Below are positions 1-13,438 of a DNA stretch of 64,000 nucleotides, in pieces. Origin of the DNA: Eutreptiella sp. 'Long Island Sound 2002' (taxonomy: Eukaryota; Protista; Euglenida); contig OZ038378.1 in the NCBI GenBank assembly GCA_964036045.1, forward strand, positions 196,726,001-196,790,000, given 5' to 3'. The notes beneath the pieces are model-generated. The model saw only the letters and a list, made by a program, of their open reading frames with translations. It searched no databases and had not been told where the DNA came from. Made by a program: the position numbers and the translations under genes. How positions within the stretch are numbered: the stretch's first letter is position 1; every line of letters starts with the position of its first letter.

Positions 1-259
1 CTGAAGATGACCAAAGGCCACGGAGCGGGTGGGGGGTAGCGTGCCCGAACTGATGTGGCGGCCCTGGTGGGCAATCCTTCCTTTGCAAACATCATGTTCC
101 CACAGTCCAATTTGCATTGGATGGTGCGATCTAGGATAGGGGCTCACCGTCACAGCCAAACTCAGCCGAGGACCTGGACTCCCAATCGGCATATTTATCC
201 GTTTGATCCCTTCGCCTTTTTGTTGGGGCACCTTCTTGGGAGGGTCAACAGAGCAAGAA

Positions 260-530
260 GTCAACCAACGGCTACATAACCCCCGACCGCACTGGGGGTC
301 CCCAAAGAGCGGATGGTTGTATAGCCCCTCCGCTGTTGGGGTCCCGAGAATGGAGATGGTTGCATATCTCCTGCCTTCTTGGGGAGGGGCAAGAGCGGGT
401 GGTCGACAACTTGGCTGCATGCCCGCTGCCGTACCAGTCCCCAAAGCAGGGAGCTGACAAATGGCTGCATTACTGCTGCTGTACTGGGGGCCCCCTGAGT
501 GGTATGGCTACATAGCCCCAAAGGCACGGA
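260..530 (+). repeat. Degenerate copies of the 53-bp minisatellite family
   Basis: ggggtcccgagaatggagatggttgcatatctcctgccttcttgggg resembles the 17002-17520 unit. Confidence 0.5.
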
Positions 531-834
531 GGGGGCGGGACGGTTTGTTTTCTCACGAGAAAAAACCGAGTAAAACAGTCCGTTCCTCAGTTTCGCTCAA
601 GATCCAAAGAAAAGTCGGCGCATCTGTTGTGATTGCCTGGCCAAAAGGGGGCGTTCCATGGCCTGCCCTGAAGAGGGTAGAGCGGCCCTACGACCCGCTT
701 CGCCTGTGTGCCACATGTGACGAGCGGAACGCGCCCATCGTCCTCTTCATCCACATTCCCCCCCACCTTGTGAACGGGATCGGATGGCGGCACCACGTCC
801 TGAAGACCGTGGGGGCCCGCACAAGGGTACGCAC

Positions 835-3800
835 CTGCAGAAGGAGTGCCCGCACGGCCACAGCGTGCGCGCGTCCCGATACAGATTCAGGCAGTGCTTG
901 CAGGTCATGTCCACGATCAGGTTCGAGTTGAAATGGATCAGCCACGCGACGGACGCGTGGATGCGCTCCAGCTGGTGCCGGACCGCCCCCTCCCGCTGCA
1001 GGAGGCCCTCCGCGCACGCCCGCACCGCCGCCACGTCGTCCGCCTGCAGCGCGCACTGCGTGGGCCGGTCCTGCGTCGCGCGCTCCTCCATCGACGTGTA
1101 CCCGTCGATCCGCAGCGGCGCCCGCGCCGCTTCGAGGAATGCGGCCTCGAGACTGGCCTCCCGCTGGGGCCGGCCGACCCCCGCGTCCGGGGCCTGGGAG
1201 CGGCGCCGCTCGGCCTGAGCTCGGGCCCGCAGCGTCTCGTGCTGCTCCAGAAGCGTCGCCAGTTCGGTGCGGCGGATGGAGAGCAGGGCCTCGTGCTCGT
1301 GCACGTCCGCCAGCAGCGCGGCCCTCCGCCGCCGCAGCTCCGCCACCTCCGCATCGTCGGGGACGCCCCCCGACGGCCCTGGGGCCTCGGACGCCGCCGG
1401 GCCCGAGGCACTGCGCTGCCTCGGGCCCGTGGGGCTCGAGGACGCGCTGCGGTCAAGACCGACGGGGCTGCGCCCGGGGGACGGCGGCGGCGGTGGCGCC
1501 TGCGCCGCGGGCCCGGGGGCCGCCGGCGCTGGACCGCCGGCGTCCGCTGTCGTGCCCCCGTCTGCCGTGCCCCCCGAGCGTGCGGCGTACGGCCCAGTCG
1601 CGGGCCCGGGGTTGTGCCCCCGCCGGCACCGGGACGCCGGGCTGGAGTGCGGCCGCGGCGGGCCCGTGCCTCGGGCCCCGGCCTTGGGCTGCAGGAACGC
1701 GTCATGGGCCGTGAGCAGTGTGCCGGGCAGACTACCGACGCGGAGGCGGGGGCCCTGCGCGACCGGGCCCTCCGGGCTCTCGGCGCTGTACGGGCGCGGC
1801 ACGGCGCGTGCGGGGGCCGGGTCCGGCGGCCCTGGCGCGTCGCGCGCGTCTCGCGCGGCGAACGACACCGACTCGAGCTCGCCGTAGCCGCCGAACAAGT
1901 GCCGGACGACCTCGGCGCTGGGCACGCCCGCGGCCCCGTCCACGACCACCCGCAGGCACGCGGACGGCGGCCCCGGGGGGCGCTGCCGCGCGACGATGCC
2001 CCCCTCCGCCTGCACACGGGCCACCAGCTCGGCCTCGCGCGCGGGCGGGTCGAAGCGCATCGCGACTCGGAGGACGGCCTCCGAGGGCTCCCCCGCCGCC
2101 TGGGCCGTGTCGTAGCGCTCGAGCCCCAGCACCGCGCCGTAGAGGCCCAGCAGGGCCCGCAGCTGCTGCACGTGGCGTGCGGAGGTCAGCCCAATGACGA
2201 GGAGCGACGCGGCCCCGGGCGGCGGCGGCCCCGGGCCCTCCGGCACGACACGCAGCCCCGGCGCCGGGACAAGCGTCCCGTTCAGCGCCGCGACGGCCGC
2301 GAGCGCGTCGGCGGCGCGGGCAAACCGCGCCTCGACGGCGCGCAGGCCCCACTGCTCCTGGCATCCGAGGCCCCGCACGCCGCGCACGGGGCCGTACAGC
2401 GCCAGCAGCCCCCGCACGCCGCGCTCCGACAGCAGCACCGGCACGTTCCGGAGCGTGACCGTCAGACCGTCGTCGCGCGCTCCCGGCCCGGCGGCTGCCG
2501 CGCCGTCCGCCAGCCGCGCCAGCAGCCGGTGCCCCTGCGGGCGACGGCCGTTGAGGGCGTCGACGGCGCGCAGCATGTCACCGCCCGACGCGAACACTAC
2601 TTCCCCCATGGCCTCCGCTGCCGCGTTGGGGGCCGCGACGGACACTGCGCTGACCCGCCCAAAGGCCCCAAAGATGCCGCGCAGTTCCCCCGGGGTCACT
2701 CCCGCGGGGAGGGGCCCGACCGCGAGGCGGCACGGCGCGCCCACCGCCCGCAGGTGCGCGAGGTAGGCCTCGCCGCTCGCATTCGTGAGCCGCGCCGCGA
2801 GGCGCTGGCCCTGGAACGCGCAGCCGTTCAGGGCCCGCAGGGCCTCGAGCGCCGCGGCCCCGTGCGGGAATGTGACCACCGCGACGTCGGGATCGGGGGC
2901 AGAGCGGCCGGAAACAGTCGGCGGGGGCCCGCCGTCGCGGGTGCACAGGGCCAGAACGCTGCGGTCGGAGGCGTCGCTGGGGACCCCGGACATCAGCAGC
3001 GCGCACGGCTGCGTCCAGCTGCTGGCGCCTTGTGGACCCGCGGAGGCGTGAGAGGGAGTTAACCAGATCGGCCCAGGGGTAGTGGCCCAGTGGGCGCCGT
3101 TAAGTCGGTTGATGGCGTGGAGAGCATGGCTGGGACTGGCGAACGTCAGCGTTGCTGAGGGCTCATCAATGTGGACGGGCGGGTGCCCGGCGGTCTGAAG
3201 CACGTCTGCGAGGTCGTTGCAGCATCCGTTGGGCAGGCCGTCCACGCGGACCACTGTGCCGTCGGGCAAAGCGCATGCGGTGCTGAGGGACGCAAGCAGC
3301 AGGCCCGAGGGCATGGGGCGGTCATTGAGGTCTTGCATTGCGCTGGATGCTGCTGCGGCATCCCTGAACACCACCACCGGATCACAATCGCTCAGAGGCA
3401 TGCCCTCACCTGCGGCGGCGGGACTCCGACTCCCGATGGGGCCAGTGGGTATTTCGCTCGCCTCCTCCTGCCGGACGGGGGAGGGCACGGGTCGGTCTGG
3501 GGACGTCTGGGTTGACGCGTGCGCTGTGTTGACTGCATTGGGCGAGGGAGGGCTCGTTCGTGTGGGCTGGCGCTGTGCAGGAAGAGGTACCGACCCCGAA
3601 GCACCAGACGAAGATGAAGGGGCGGTGGCGGATGGACTCTTTGAGAATCCCGAAGAGGCCAAGGGGCTGGATTGCCGGGTCACACTGGGGGACTCTGGCT
3701 GCCCTCGGGATGGGGACGCACAGGGCACAGGAGGGTCGTCAACACCGGAGGTCTCAGGGTAGATGGGCGGAGGTACGGAATTCGGTGGAAGCACTGACAG

Positions 3801-3980
3801 GGGCGCAGGCCTGCGCAGCGGCCCCAGGCTGTTTGGCGGCTCAGGAGTATCCAAAAACTCCTCGTGCAAGAACTTCGCGGACACTTCTTCGATACGGCCC
3901 CAAATGTCCAACTCGCGATCCCGCTTTTCATTCATCTTCTCCGCAAAGGTCTGAATGAGGCCACGAAGCTGATCCTGATC
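835..3980 (-). CDS. Exon 3 of a multi-RRM / RING-finger protein gene (gene continues toward or beyond window start)
   Basis: Open frame (ORF 747..4004) bounded by acceptor tttgtacAG|GATCAG at 3981/3980 and donor TGCAG|GTGCGT at 835/834. It contains 5-6 RRM-like repeats (e.g. RLAVGPLP..VTPGELRGIFGAFGRV..GEVVFASGGDMLRAVDALNG; TLRNVP..LLALYGPV..AVAALNG), a coiled-coil, and the first part of a C3HC4 RING (CKHC..WPCGHSFC) cut by the donor. Confidence 0.85.
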
Positions 3981-5599
3981 CTGTACAAATAGCATACAAG
4001 ACATGATTGTTCCACAAATGCTGGTTGGTTGCTATGTAGAAGAAGTGGTGTCAATTGCTGACAAAATACCGGCACACAAAGCGAAGAACCACTTGCAAAA
4101 GACCAACACCGGTGAAATGAACGCCTGTTCGCAGCAAAGCCAGCAGCAACAACAAAAATAGTGTCTATCGGAATGGAGGTGTTTGTTTTTTTTGAAAAAT
4201 CAAGGTCTTTGATGAACACAAGCTACACAGATAAGGCTAAGCGAGTGCGCCCCTTGGCACTTTCGAGTGGAAGCACTGGTTCAAGTTTTTGGGAAAAAAT
4301 CATTTGTATCAATTGTCCTGTAAAGAAGTGGAGTGCATCTTGTCGAACTTGAAGAGTGACGTTGGCATAGCGAGACACCTTGGCACCAGCATTGGTGGAC
4401 CCCACGTGGTATATCCTGTCTGTACCCACCGTTCAATTTATGTCACCCAGACCATTCCAATTGAATGGCCACCTTGCCTACCACTTTGCCCAGCCAAAGC
4501 ATCAAGCTAAGAGAAAATTGATTTTGAAGCTTCATTGTGGACTCCTTGTTGTTTTGTTTGCTTATGTTGCTTCCGTTTCTTCTCTTTGTGAACCGCTTCT
4601 TTTGCCGTGTTATGGAGTGAAGAGGATCATGACGACCATGATGCTAATGGTGATGACGACGACCTTGAAGATGATGAGAGGATGATGATGATTCTTGTCT
4701 TTCCTCATTCTCTTGTGCCTTGTTGCCTAACATCCATCTTCATGTCAATCGGAATCGGTGGTAGCAAAACCGTTTTGCTTGATGCTGTAATGATTGCCAA
4801 CAACATCCGCGGACATCTCTGCACTTGTTAATGCTTTGTTTGTTGGTGGGACCACAACGAACATGAGTCGGAGGGTCACACTGCTTTGATCCTTCCGGAT
4901 TTGTAATTGCTGTACAGCTTCGCCACTTCAAAGTTCAAAAGAGTCAAGCATGTTGCAATCCGCCTTGTTGTGGCAAAAATCCAAGTGATGGTGAATGGCC
5001 AAGATGAAGGATGCTGAGTGGCACTGTGGGATAGGGCAAGGATGTGGCACGTTTTGCATCTTTTGGGCCACCATAACCCAAGAGAAATGAATGTTCTGCA
5101 CCAAGGGAAGCACTTGCAACAAGGATAGCAGGGTGATCCTCATTCTTTCAGGATGTAGTATAATACCATGCTTTCTTCTTGGAAATCCACCATTAAGGAA
5201 GATGTGCTCCCCCTTCTTATGGTCTATGAGTTGCGGGCCTTGTTCTGAGATAAATACCCTAAACTGTGTGCCGCAGGGTGCACCACAAAAGAAGCCAGCC
5301 CCCATTAAAGGACCCCTTTTCCGTGGCCCTCTCCCAAGGTATACCAAACACCATTTGGTCATGCAACAAGACATAGTGCCCTTTTCCATCCATGGACTTT
5401 GAGGGACATACTCACAGTAAAATGGCAATTTTTTTTGGATACCAAGGTATGATGTAGTCCACATAATGATGTGAACATTGTTGAATTTCCCCCAAAACAT
5501 GCCACAACTACCCCATGCTACAATAACAAAACATGGTGAAACATGCTAGAGGCATCCATTTGGCTACATAGTCTGTGCCATCACAAGACCCCCAAACAT

Positions 5600-6020
5600 G
5601 GGAGGGATCAATGTGGGCATAACACCGACCTTCTTGGGATTCCCCATGAGAAGAGTGATCCATTTGGTTGCATAACCCCTGCCATCCCAAGGTCACACCA
5701 CAAACTGGAGTGTGGCTGTCCAACACCATCCTTGAGAGGTCACGACCATACATCGCTGCTGTTTGACATGTCTACTTTGTCCCACTTGTAGACCACAAGT
5801 CCTTGGTTTGTCCATCAATCCAATGGCTGCAACGCACACCCAAATAAAATATCACATGGATTCCTTCCCTGTTTGGGGATCCAAGGTCTTGGGTTCCCAA
5901 GGAGGGGAGAAATCAATGCAGCGGCATAACCCTTGCTGTCTCGGGTCCTATGGCTGCATGATCCTTGCTGTCTCGGGGTCCACAAAGAGGAGAATATGGC
6001 AGCATAATCCCTGCCTTCTT
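5600..6020 (+). repeat. Degenerate copies of the 53-bp minisatellite family inside intron 2
   Basis: gcataacccttgctgtctcgggtcc / gcataatccctgccttcttggg resemble the unit atggctacatcacccctgccttctcggggtcccc. Confidence 0.55.
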
Positions 6021-7297
6021 GGGTGGACTGATCAGTGCAAAAGCAGCATGAATGCACTGCAAGCACGGCTGTCCTTCCTGCCTGGAAACACAATGGCAGA
6101 ACATTGGCTGGACCACGGAGTGGTACTGATCAAGGCAGCCATCGACCGCCGATGAACCACATGCCATCCATCAACTCTCAATATTCTGCGTGGTGTGGGC
6201 TGGTCTCGGTAGAATTAAAAATCCCACTTAGAAAGGACGACACTGGCTAAAAAGGGTCCGTTCTCCGACTGCATTTCATTGTATTGCTTGATTGCTCTAT
6301 TGCACTTTTAATGTCCACACATACATACCTTGTGTGCACCAAGCACCTGATCCTGATGCGGCCCAAGCACACGGTTCCCATCAGGCAACGGGATTATCCA
6401 GTCCCGGCCCCGCTGGACCGGGCTCTTAGGGTTTGGCCAAGCGTGTCTTTTGACAAATGGATTGGAAACCACCTCCGCGACAGCAGGGCTTTCGAAATTT
6501 CCTCCATCATCATGTCTCTTTCATGTACGCAAGGGTTGAAATTCCTTTCGAGGGTCCATCCAGGGGGAGGGGGGGTGCATTGGAAGGGAGGGGGACCCCC
6601 CACCACCACCAGGGCGCCCAGCCTATGCCCAGCCACTGTCTCCTTGACGGCAAGTGCCAGCTTCAATGGCATTTGTAACCGACAGTAACTAACTCCAACC
6701 GCTTTGGCAACCTCCTGCAACGGCCAATCAAACCGCTTCTGGGGCCCTGTCTGAAGACCCTTCCCTTCAAATGCAACCCTGGGGGGGGGGTGCCTCGAAT
6801 TCGTGATGTGGTGAGTCTTTGGACCTGTCTACCCCTTGTTCAGCGCACCCAATGGATCACACTGGGTGACCCGCAACCTCCTGCCCTGTGTCGCACTGCC
6901 CACATCAGATGCTGTGGAAAGTACCCTTCGACATTGGCGGTCATGGGAATGACTGCATGTGAAGCCTTGCTGGCGCTGGTAGGGGAGTGGACGCCACCAA
7001 AGCAGTGACCAGTGGGATCGTCACTCAACATCTGCAGCAGCCGCCCCAGGCCCATAAACACCCGTCAACTGTGGAGAGATATGATGCCCCCGCCCCCACC
7101 TTCAAGAATTGTAGAAAGAACATAGTGGCCAACGGGATTGTTGCCGGTTTGAAACTAAAATTCGGGATGTTTGAGCACCTCCAAAGCATTGACAACCTCA
7201 AAGAATTGCGAAAACTGTAGAATCTCAGCCTTTCCACGCTTTTTATGACATCCACCCAACGCCCCCATCACAAGACAGGCTCGTCCCTCTGCCGCAC

Positions 7298-7768
7298 CTG
7301 CTGCAGCTGACCCAGCTCCTTTAGCTTCACGTCGAACTGGTGTGCCATGGCGTCCTCCCGCTGTTGCGCGGCAAACAGCTGCTCCTTCGTGCAGATCACA
7401 AACGACTGGTGCTGCAGGAGCGGCGCCGACTGTGCCCTCTCCGCCTCCTCCGCAAAGCTCTCCGAAAAGCTGGTCTGGGCCATCCCATCGGCATGCTCCT
7501 GCTCGGACTTGCCAGTAGGCGGCGCTGGCTTCGGGGGAGAGGCAGGGCCTCGGGGTTGCTGGGCCTTCAGGGCCTGGGTCAGCACCTCCTTCTCCCGCAT
7601 CAGCTCCCCGATCCGGTGCATGAAATAGTCGTACTGCTGCCGCAGTTTGCTCTGGAACACTTTGGTCAATTTGTGGACGCGGGTGTACAGCAGCTCCTCG
7701 TGCTTCTGCAAAGTGATGTTGTTCTGACCCTCCACTTCATCGTCCCCAGTGGACAGGGGCGACGCCGC
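7298..7768 (-). CDS. Exon 2 (coiled-coil) of the RRM/RING gene
   Basis: Acceptor ccatcgtAG|GCG at 7769/7768 and donor CAGCAG|GTGCGG at 7298/7297; 471 nt, phase 0 at both ends; joins exon 3 in frame (..LGQLQQ|DQDQLRGLIQTF..). Confidence 0.75.
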
Positions 7769-7926
7769 CTACGATGGACAGGGGCCACGCCGACAAGAGT
7801 AAGACTGCTTGCAGGCGCAGGTGCAGTGGAAAGCGGGGGAGAGGTCACTGGAAAACTGCGTTGTGCCGGGCAAAGCGAGTCCAAATCCTCAACCACCGGC
7901 TCATTTACGTGCAGTGTTGAATACTT

Positions 7927-8799
7927 GGGGGGGCGTTTCCGTAGAGGGACTCTTCCGCAAGGGAAAATTCTGCACGGGGAATATTCTGCACCTGTCCCAA
8001 AAAATTAAGGGGCAAATTCCGCACCTCCTAAATCTTGAGTGGATTGGAAGGAAATATTTTCAGTGTCGCCTTTGTGCACAAAGCGGTCCCGGGGAGGGGT
8101 GCCAAAAAAAACAAACAAAAAAAAACGGCCAGAAGAGGGGAAAGGGGGGAAACGGGTGGTGGTGTCTCCAACTGCCGGGTGAAAGGGTTGGGAGGCAACA
8201 GGCGAAGCAGGGGAAGAGGGGACGGGGACCGCGAGTGGGGAAAAGAAACTGTAAAGAGGGAAGTGACGACAGGTGGCCACACGGAATAGCGGGCTGCCGG
8301 GAGAGGGGAAATGCGTGGTGGCGTCCCTGGAAAAAAAAACAGCCAAGGGACAGGGATAGGGGTGGGGCGGCAGTAGGGGCAGCGTCGGGAAGAAGGGGAA
8401 CGGGAACAAGGGAAGTGAGAAAACATAGCCCCATGGGATCGGCAAACCGGTCGCTATGGAGAGGTGAACCATGGGTCAACCACGGGGAGCCTGACCACGG
8501 GAAGTTCGGAAAATACCTTGGACACCAAGACAGCCGTGAGGCGTTCGTGGGGTGAGGGTTGAACCTGAGGCCTCCGGGTCAAAGGCCTCAAGTACACGTA
8601 GGTTCAAGCGTGAGCCGAACCCAGGGAACATGGAAAAAGGTCGCCCCCTGGCCTCCAAACGCGGATGGACGATAACCAAGTGCATCTGGGAACCGAGTGG
8701 GTACTCCAACCCGTGAGGGATGGCGGGAAAATTCCGCACCAAGTTGAAATACGGAATTTTCCCCGCGGGCAAATCCCCCACGGAAATTACCTCCTCCCC
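7927..8799. mobile_element. MITE-like element with ~45-bp imperfect terminal inverted repeats
   Basis: Left gggggggcgtttccgtagagggactcttccgcaagggaaaattc versus reverse complement of right end ggggaggaggtaatttccgtgggggatttgcccgcggggaaaattc; subterminal ggRaaattcYgcac repeats; no coding signal; no TSD found. Confidence 0.45.
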
Positions 8800-9249
8800 A
8801 GGTATGTGCGGAGGCGGAGGATTGGCATTTCAGGCCTGGAACAGGGTTCTGTTTGACTGGTAGTGCCGGAAGAGGAAGGGATGGGATGGGAATGTGTCCA
8901 CAAACTGCAGCCCCGATACACTTCCTTTGGCGCTCACCACTACTGGGGGTAGGTGAGGGAGGCCATAGCAACCGCACGTCCGCTCACAGCCCTGAGCACC
9001 GCTAAACAGCCCGCAAGTCTCCAAGTCAGACACAAGAGGCGCAGGGCGCTCACTCATGCAAAGATAATCAGCGGCTGACAATGAGTGGCTGACCACCCTC
9101 CCCCCACAAAGAACAACACAGAACAAGAAAGCCGCACCGCACAACGCACATGTGCGTGTTGTAGGAGCTGCAAAGAGTGTACCAACCTCTGGCACCCCTC
9201 CCTTGTCTCATTTAAGCCTGCCCTCAGGTAGGGCCTAACTTGTAATATG

Positions 9250-10100
9250 ACGGCTCCACCTCGACTTGTGGCATCATGTCTCCGATGGTGCATCACCCAA
9301 TGGACACTGAAGACTGTGACAGGGTTCCTGTCCAACTACCTTTGTGTAGTGAGCACAAATATCCCCCTGCTGGCATTGTCTCATGGAAGGGTGTGCCCAT
9401 CCTCAAGTGTATGCTGCCCTAAAAAACAAACCACCACTCGACGCGCCCAAAGACCTAGAAGGACTAGGTTGGTTGTCCACCCACTGTGTGCGTTCAAAGA
9501 GCGCAGGGTGGGGGGACAGGTTGGGCAAATGACCGGGGTTGTGGTGGCATCAATGGTCAAGTTGCAACGTCCGCATTAGGCTCCGGCTGCGCCTGCCCCA
9601 CAGCTTTCATCGCCTTCTGTCCTCGATATCCGCGGGAGGACGGCGCACACCGCACTCGGTTTGCATAGAAAAGCACGTGTATGTGTGGGGATATATGTCG
9701 TATTACCTTTACCGGCACCGAGCAAGCCATGACGAAAATCAAAGGGGAGAGTGGGTCCCCCTGCTTGAATCCCGACGCCGGCGTAACCGACACATCTTTT
9801 ACCACACCCCTCCCTACCACAAACACGAATGGGGCCTTGAAAGTGAACATCATTAATGCTTTTGATGGGCGGGGCCAGATGCAGGAAGAATGCGGTCATG
9901 TAGTTGTGATGTATCAATCATATGCGTTCGCGAGGACCAGTCCTTGGTGCATCGCTTCCCATGCTCCCCTGACATTCCATGCGGGCAGGGACCACACCAT
10001 TGAGACCACTTGGATTGATATTTACTTCCCCCCACCTTTACCCCCCACCTCTGATTCCCAGGAAGAAGTCTGTGCACCTGAAATGCATCACTGCTCGGTT
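9250..10100 (-). pseudogene. Decayed non-LTR (LINE) reverse transcriptase fragment in intron 1
   Basis: PASGFKQGDPLSPLIF and IHVLFYA (RT motifs 4-5) in ORF 9557..9853; NAYD..HHNYM (motif 3) across frameshifts just upstream. Confidence 0.75.
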
Positions 10101-12913
10101 TATGTCATCAAACGTGGCCGACACTGTTGCCCATTTCACAGCACCAAATCTTTCCCTGGCACAACATCACACCAAACACACAAGAAATACAATACATGCA
10201 ACACACAACAGGTCGCACGTTAAACTCCCCAACTCAAAGACCCCCTTCAAAGAGTGAAAAGGGACCAAGGGGAGGGGTGCCTCCCTCCTCCTTTGGTGCA
10301 CCCCCGTTCTAAAGAAGCCTTGGCACGGACGCATCTGGTGGGGCAGTGCCACGCCCCTACCAGCACCAAAGCTCGGACGTGTGCAGAGGTGTGCCTGCGG
10401 TGGAACAAGGAGAGGCAGCCCGGGGGGCCAGGGGACTTCCCCACGTGTGCCCAGTTCTGGATGCCTTATCCTAAATGATTGCACATGCTTGCTGTTTGGG
10501 GCAGGCTTTGGAGCAGCTTTGGCTGCAACTTTTGGAATGGGGTTGCACTTCTTCCTCTTTGGTACAACACTGTCATCAACGATATCTTTGGTGAAATCAA
10601 TCTTGCCCTCAAACACATGGCAAAGGGTATGGAGCAGCTCAGCTCAGGAGCATGCATGCGCCACCTGGGGAATGCTACCTCCGAACTGCAGAGCACTGTG
10701 CGAGAGAAGTTCAAGGGGAGACTGCCCAACGGGGTAAGGAGGGCGGGAGGGAAGGGCTTGGTGAGAAGGGGCCCCTCACGGGCTTACGTCGGCTCGGGGG
10801 TAAAGACAACAGCAACAGGACTGGGCAGGGATGGCATTTGGAGGTACCTCATCTTCTTTGAAGGTTGTTGCAGCAGCCATCGACGGCGCTGGCACCTCTC
10901 CGCCACTGGGCGCCAAATCGGAGAGGCAAACATGACCAGCTTGGGCCTGAGCAGGCCCTGACGGGGCGGGATCCTTTTGGCCCCCTGGTTTGCGAAACAT
11001 GGCGTCCACCAACTTCAGCACTTCCTGTTGGTAGAAGCATCAATGGAAAACAGGTGGCACGGATGGCCCACTGCAACAGCCCGAATTCCGAGGTTGTCAA
11101 CGATTCCGCTCGAGAAACAATGCTCACACACACTTCTCATGTCATAATCCCATTCTGCAGCATTGAGCCAGATGTGCTGTGGACTGTTGTGTGGAACTTA
11201 CTTTCCCACTTTTGCACATTTGTCTGGTCTTGACTGGCACGTACACAAGGAGGGGGGGTTGGAGGTGAGATGATGGGCTCGGCATACTGGCACTGAATCT
11301 CACAAATCTGACTTGCATGCAGACCGCAAACCAACGGCTCATGACCACTGATGAGCTCTAGTATGGGGTTTTCTTGTGCGCTTCGGCACCACATCAAAGA
11401 AGAGTAGAAGCCCTCAAAAGGCTCCTGCATGTGGCACAAAATACCACTACGGGCAGTGCACAGAAAAGGAAGGACAATACTTCAGCGTAGGGGGGCGGGT
11501 GGTAGGGGTCAACTGCCTGTTCATGACTCAACTACCCTCTCAACCAAAAATGTATTTCCCCAAGGGGGGCCCCAGTATCCATCGTGGTTTCACAAGGTCC
11601 AGATTTGGATAAAGGGGGTCGAGCTCAAATCCTCTTGTCTGACCCCCACCAAATCTCCCTTTGTGAGTCCCTCCCACCTGGATATCAAGCCTGGGTTCCA
11701 ACCCAAGTGCTCAAATGCAAGCTATACCAGTACCTGCTGCAATGCTAGCCAGCATCTTGAGTAGGGTGCCCAAAAAACTATCCTGCAGTTTTGACCCCTT
11801 TTGATGCACACTGCTTTGGTCCCAAAATGAGCCATTTTTAAGCCTTTTTAGATCTTTTGGGCTGCCAAAACAAGTCACCACAGGCTAAAAAAAAGGCTAG
11901 GTTAGGGTTAGGCTAAAACCATTGGTTTGGGTATCCCAAGTGGTCTGAGAACAACTTTGGAAAATTTTTTGGACTACTTTTTGACCCACGGGTGACCCCT
12001 TGTGACCCTTCGGTAGCACCTGCCTAGTGCACCATTCCTTGGTGCCAACGGGGCATTAAAGGGTGTTGCCGGTGTGGAAATAGGCTGCAAATGTTCCCAT
12101 TCAGCAATATTCATCACCACAAGGGTGCCAAAGGCAATACACGGCAGTCAAACACAGCAGGGACTTGAAAAAGTAGGCATAAAAGGTCACTTTCATGGTT
12201 GATTTTGGTCACTGTGGCCCCAAAACAGACTCATTGACCCCATTAGTTGAGTGCAAAAGCTACTACACAGTGCCCCAAGTTTTTGTTCACCATCTAAGCT
12301 GGTTCCAATGCAAATGGACCCCTCCGCCAACATCCTGCACACCCAACTGGTCGAAAAATGGCATTTCTTTTGGTCATTTTTGACAGATTTTGAAACCTGG
12401 GTCCGCCACTTGCGGCACCCATTCACGGCTGCCACTGTTGCGTTTCTGCCTCAAACTTTGTTTGATTGTACTTCATTCTCATGGGCATTACACACCAAAA
12501 TTTCGGCTGAATCGGAGTTCTGATTTTTTCCCATTTTGGGCGTGCTTGCTGCTTGCTACTTGCTGCTCACCTAAGACCTTAAAGAGGGTTATTAACCCTT
12601 ATTGGCTCCACCAGCTCGATGAAAAGCGTTTAATAGTTTTTCTTCCCACCGACTCCGGTCACAAGCACAGAGCTTCAAGTCGTGAACAAACTCTTTCAGG
12701 GTCAACGAGGAGAGAGTCTAAGATAGAATGGGGTTTCATCTGCAAACAAGAAGGATGAAATTGCAGACCTATGCTGCCCCTCCGCTGATGAAGACTCTGG
12801 TGAGTCATGCAAATGGGGTGGTTGAGTGTTTTCCTTGAGTCATCCTTGACTCCTGGTTAGGGAGGGCAGCGCGGGTGGGGCAGAGCACCGCAGGGCACAA
12901 GCACAAGTACCAC

Positions 12914-13438
12914 CTGTTCCAGACATGCAGGCGCAACCGCCTTGGCAAAAGCGCTGGTGCCTGGCTCCTCGAACTGTGCAACCTGAATGTTCTCTGGAGG
13001 GTCCTTCGCCTCCACAGGGGGTTGCAGCGGAGATGCAGCGGTGGGGGCGCCCTGCGAGGAACGCCTATCTGCACGCTGCAGGTTTTCACAGCGGCGCGTC
13101 TGCGCTGCGGGGGAAGATGTGGGTCGCATGCGCGCGCGGGCTGTGTTGCGGTGGGGGATTGGGGGCCCAGATGCCGGTCGAGGGGTGCCTTTGGGCGTAT
13201 AGGGAGTCCGGGGGCACGGAATGTGCTCAGCCACGGCGGGGCTCTGTCGCGCCTTCAGCCGTGTGTTGCGCATGGGGGCCGCGCTGGGCAGTTTGGGCAG
13301 TTGCGGAAGCCGGCCCGACAGATCAACACTGGGCCCACTGTGCGTGGCGTACTGCTCGAAGAGGGCCACTTGGTCTTTCGTGAGCCATGGGGTCTTCGCA
13401 TTGGGGGTGCCCTGCGCAATTTTTCTTGGGGACTCCAT
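12914..13438 (-). CDS. Probable exon 1 (P/S/R-rich) of the RRM/RING gene
   Basis: ATG at 13438 (MESPRKIAQ..), 525 nt open, donor GAACAG|GTGGTA at 12914/12913, phase 0, joins exon 2 in frame (..ACLEQ|AASPLSTG..); an AG lies ~15 nt upstream of the ATG. Linkage to exon 2 is inferred from phase only. Confidence 0.55.

Noticed and set aside
846-3062. 738-aa plus-strand ORF and other overlapping ORFs
   Set aside because: Antisense/alternate-frame shadows of the extremely GC-rich RRM exon.
5508-5753. VWGSCDGTD resembling a Harbinger/pogo first catalytic Asp, with possible transposase remnants at 4928-5500 and 6394-6720
   Set aside because: The motif overlaps the edge of a degenerate 53-bp repeat copy, and the neighbouring frames give no ordered DDE motif set; left unassigned.
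11902-11912. TTAGGGTTAGG telomere-like motif
   Set aside because: Under two units, embedded in an interspersed repeat within an intron.
12785-12813. Hammerhead-like CTGATGA plus GACTC/GAGTC hairpin (a similar CTGAAGA hairpin at 1-26)
   Set aside because: The GAAA core is disrupted (ATGCAAA; CGGAG) and I could not form stems I and III; at most a dead Penelope-type relic.
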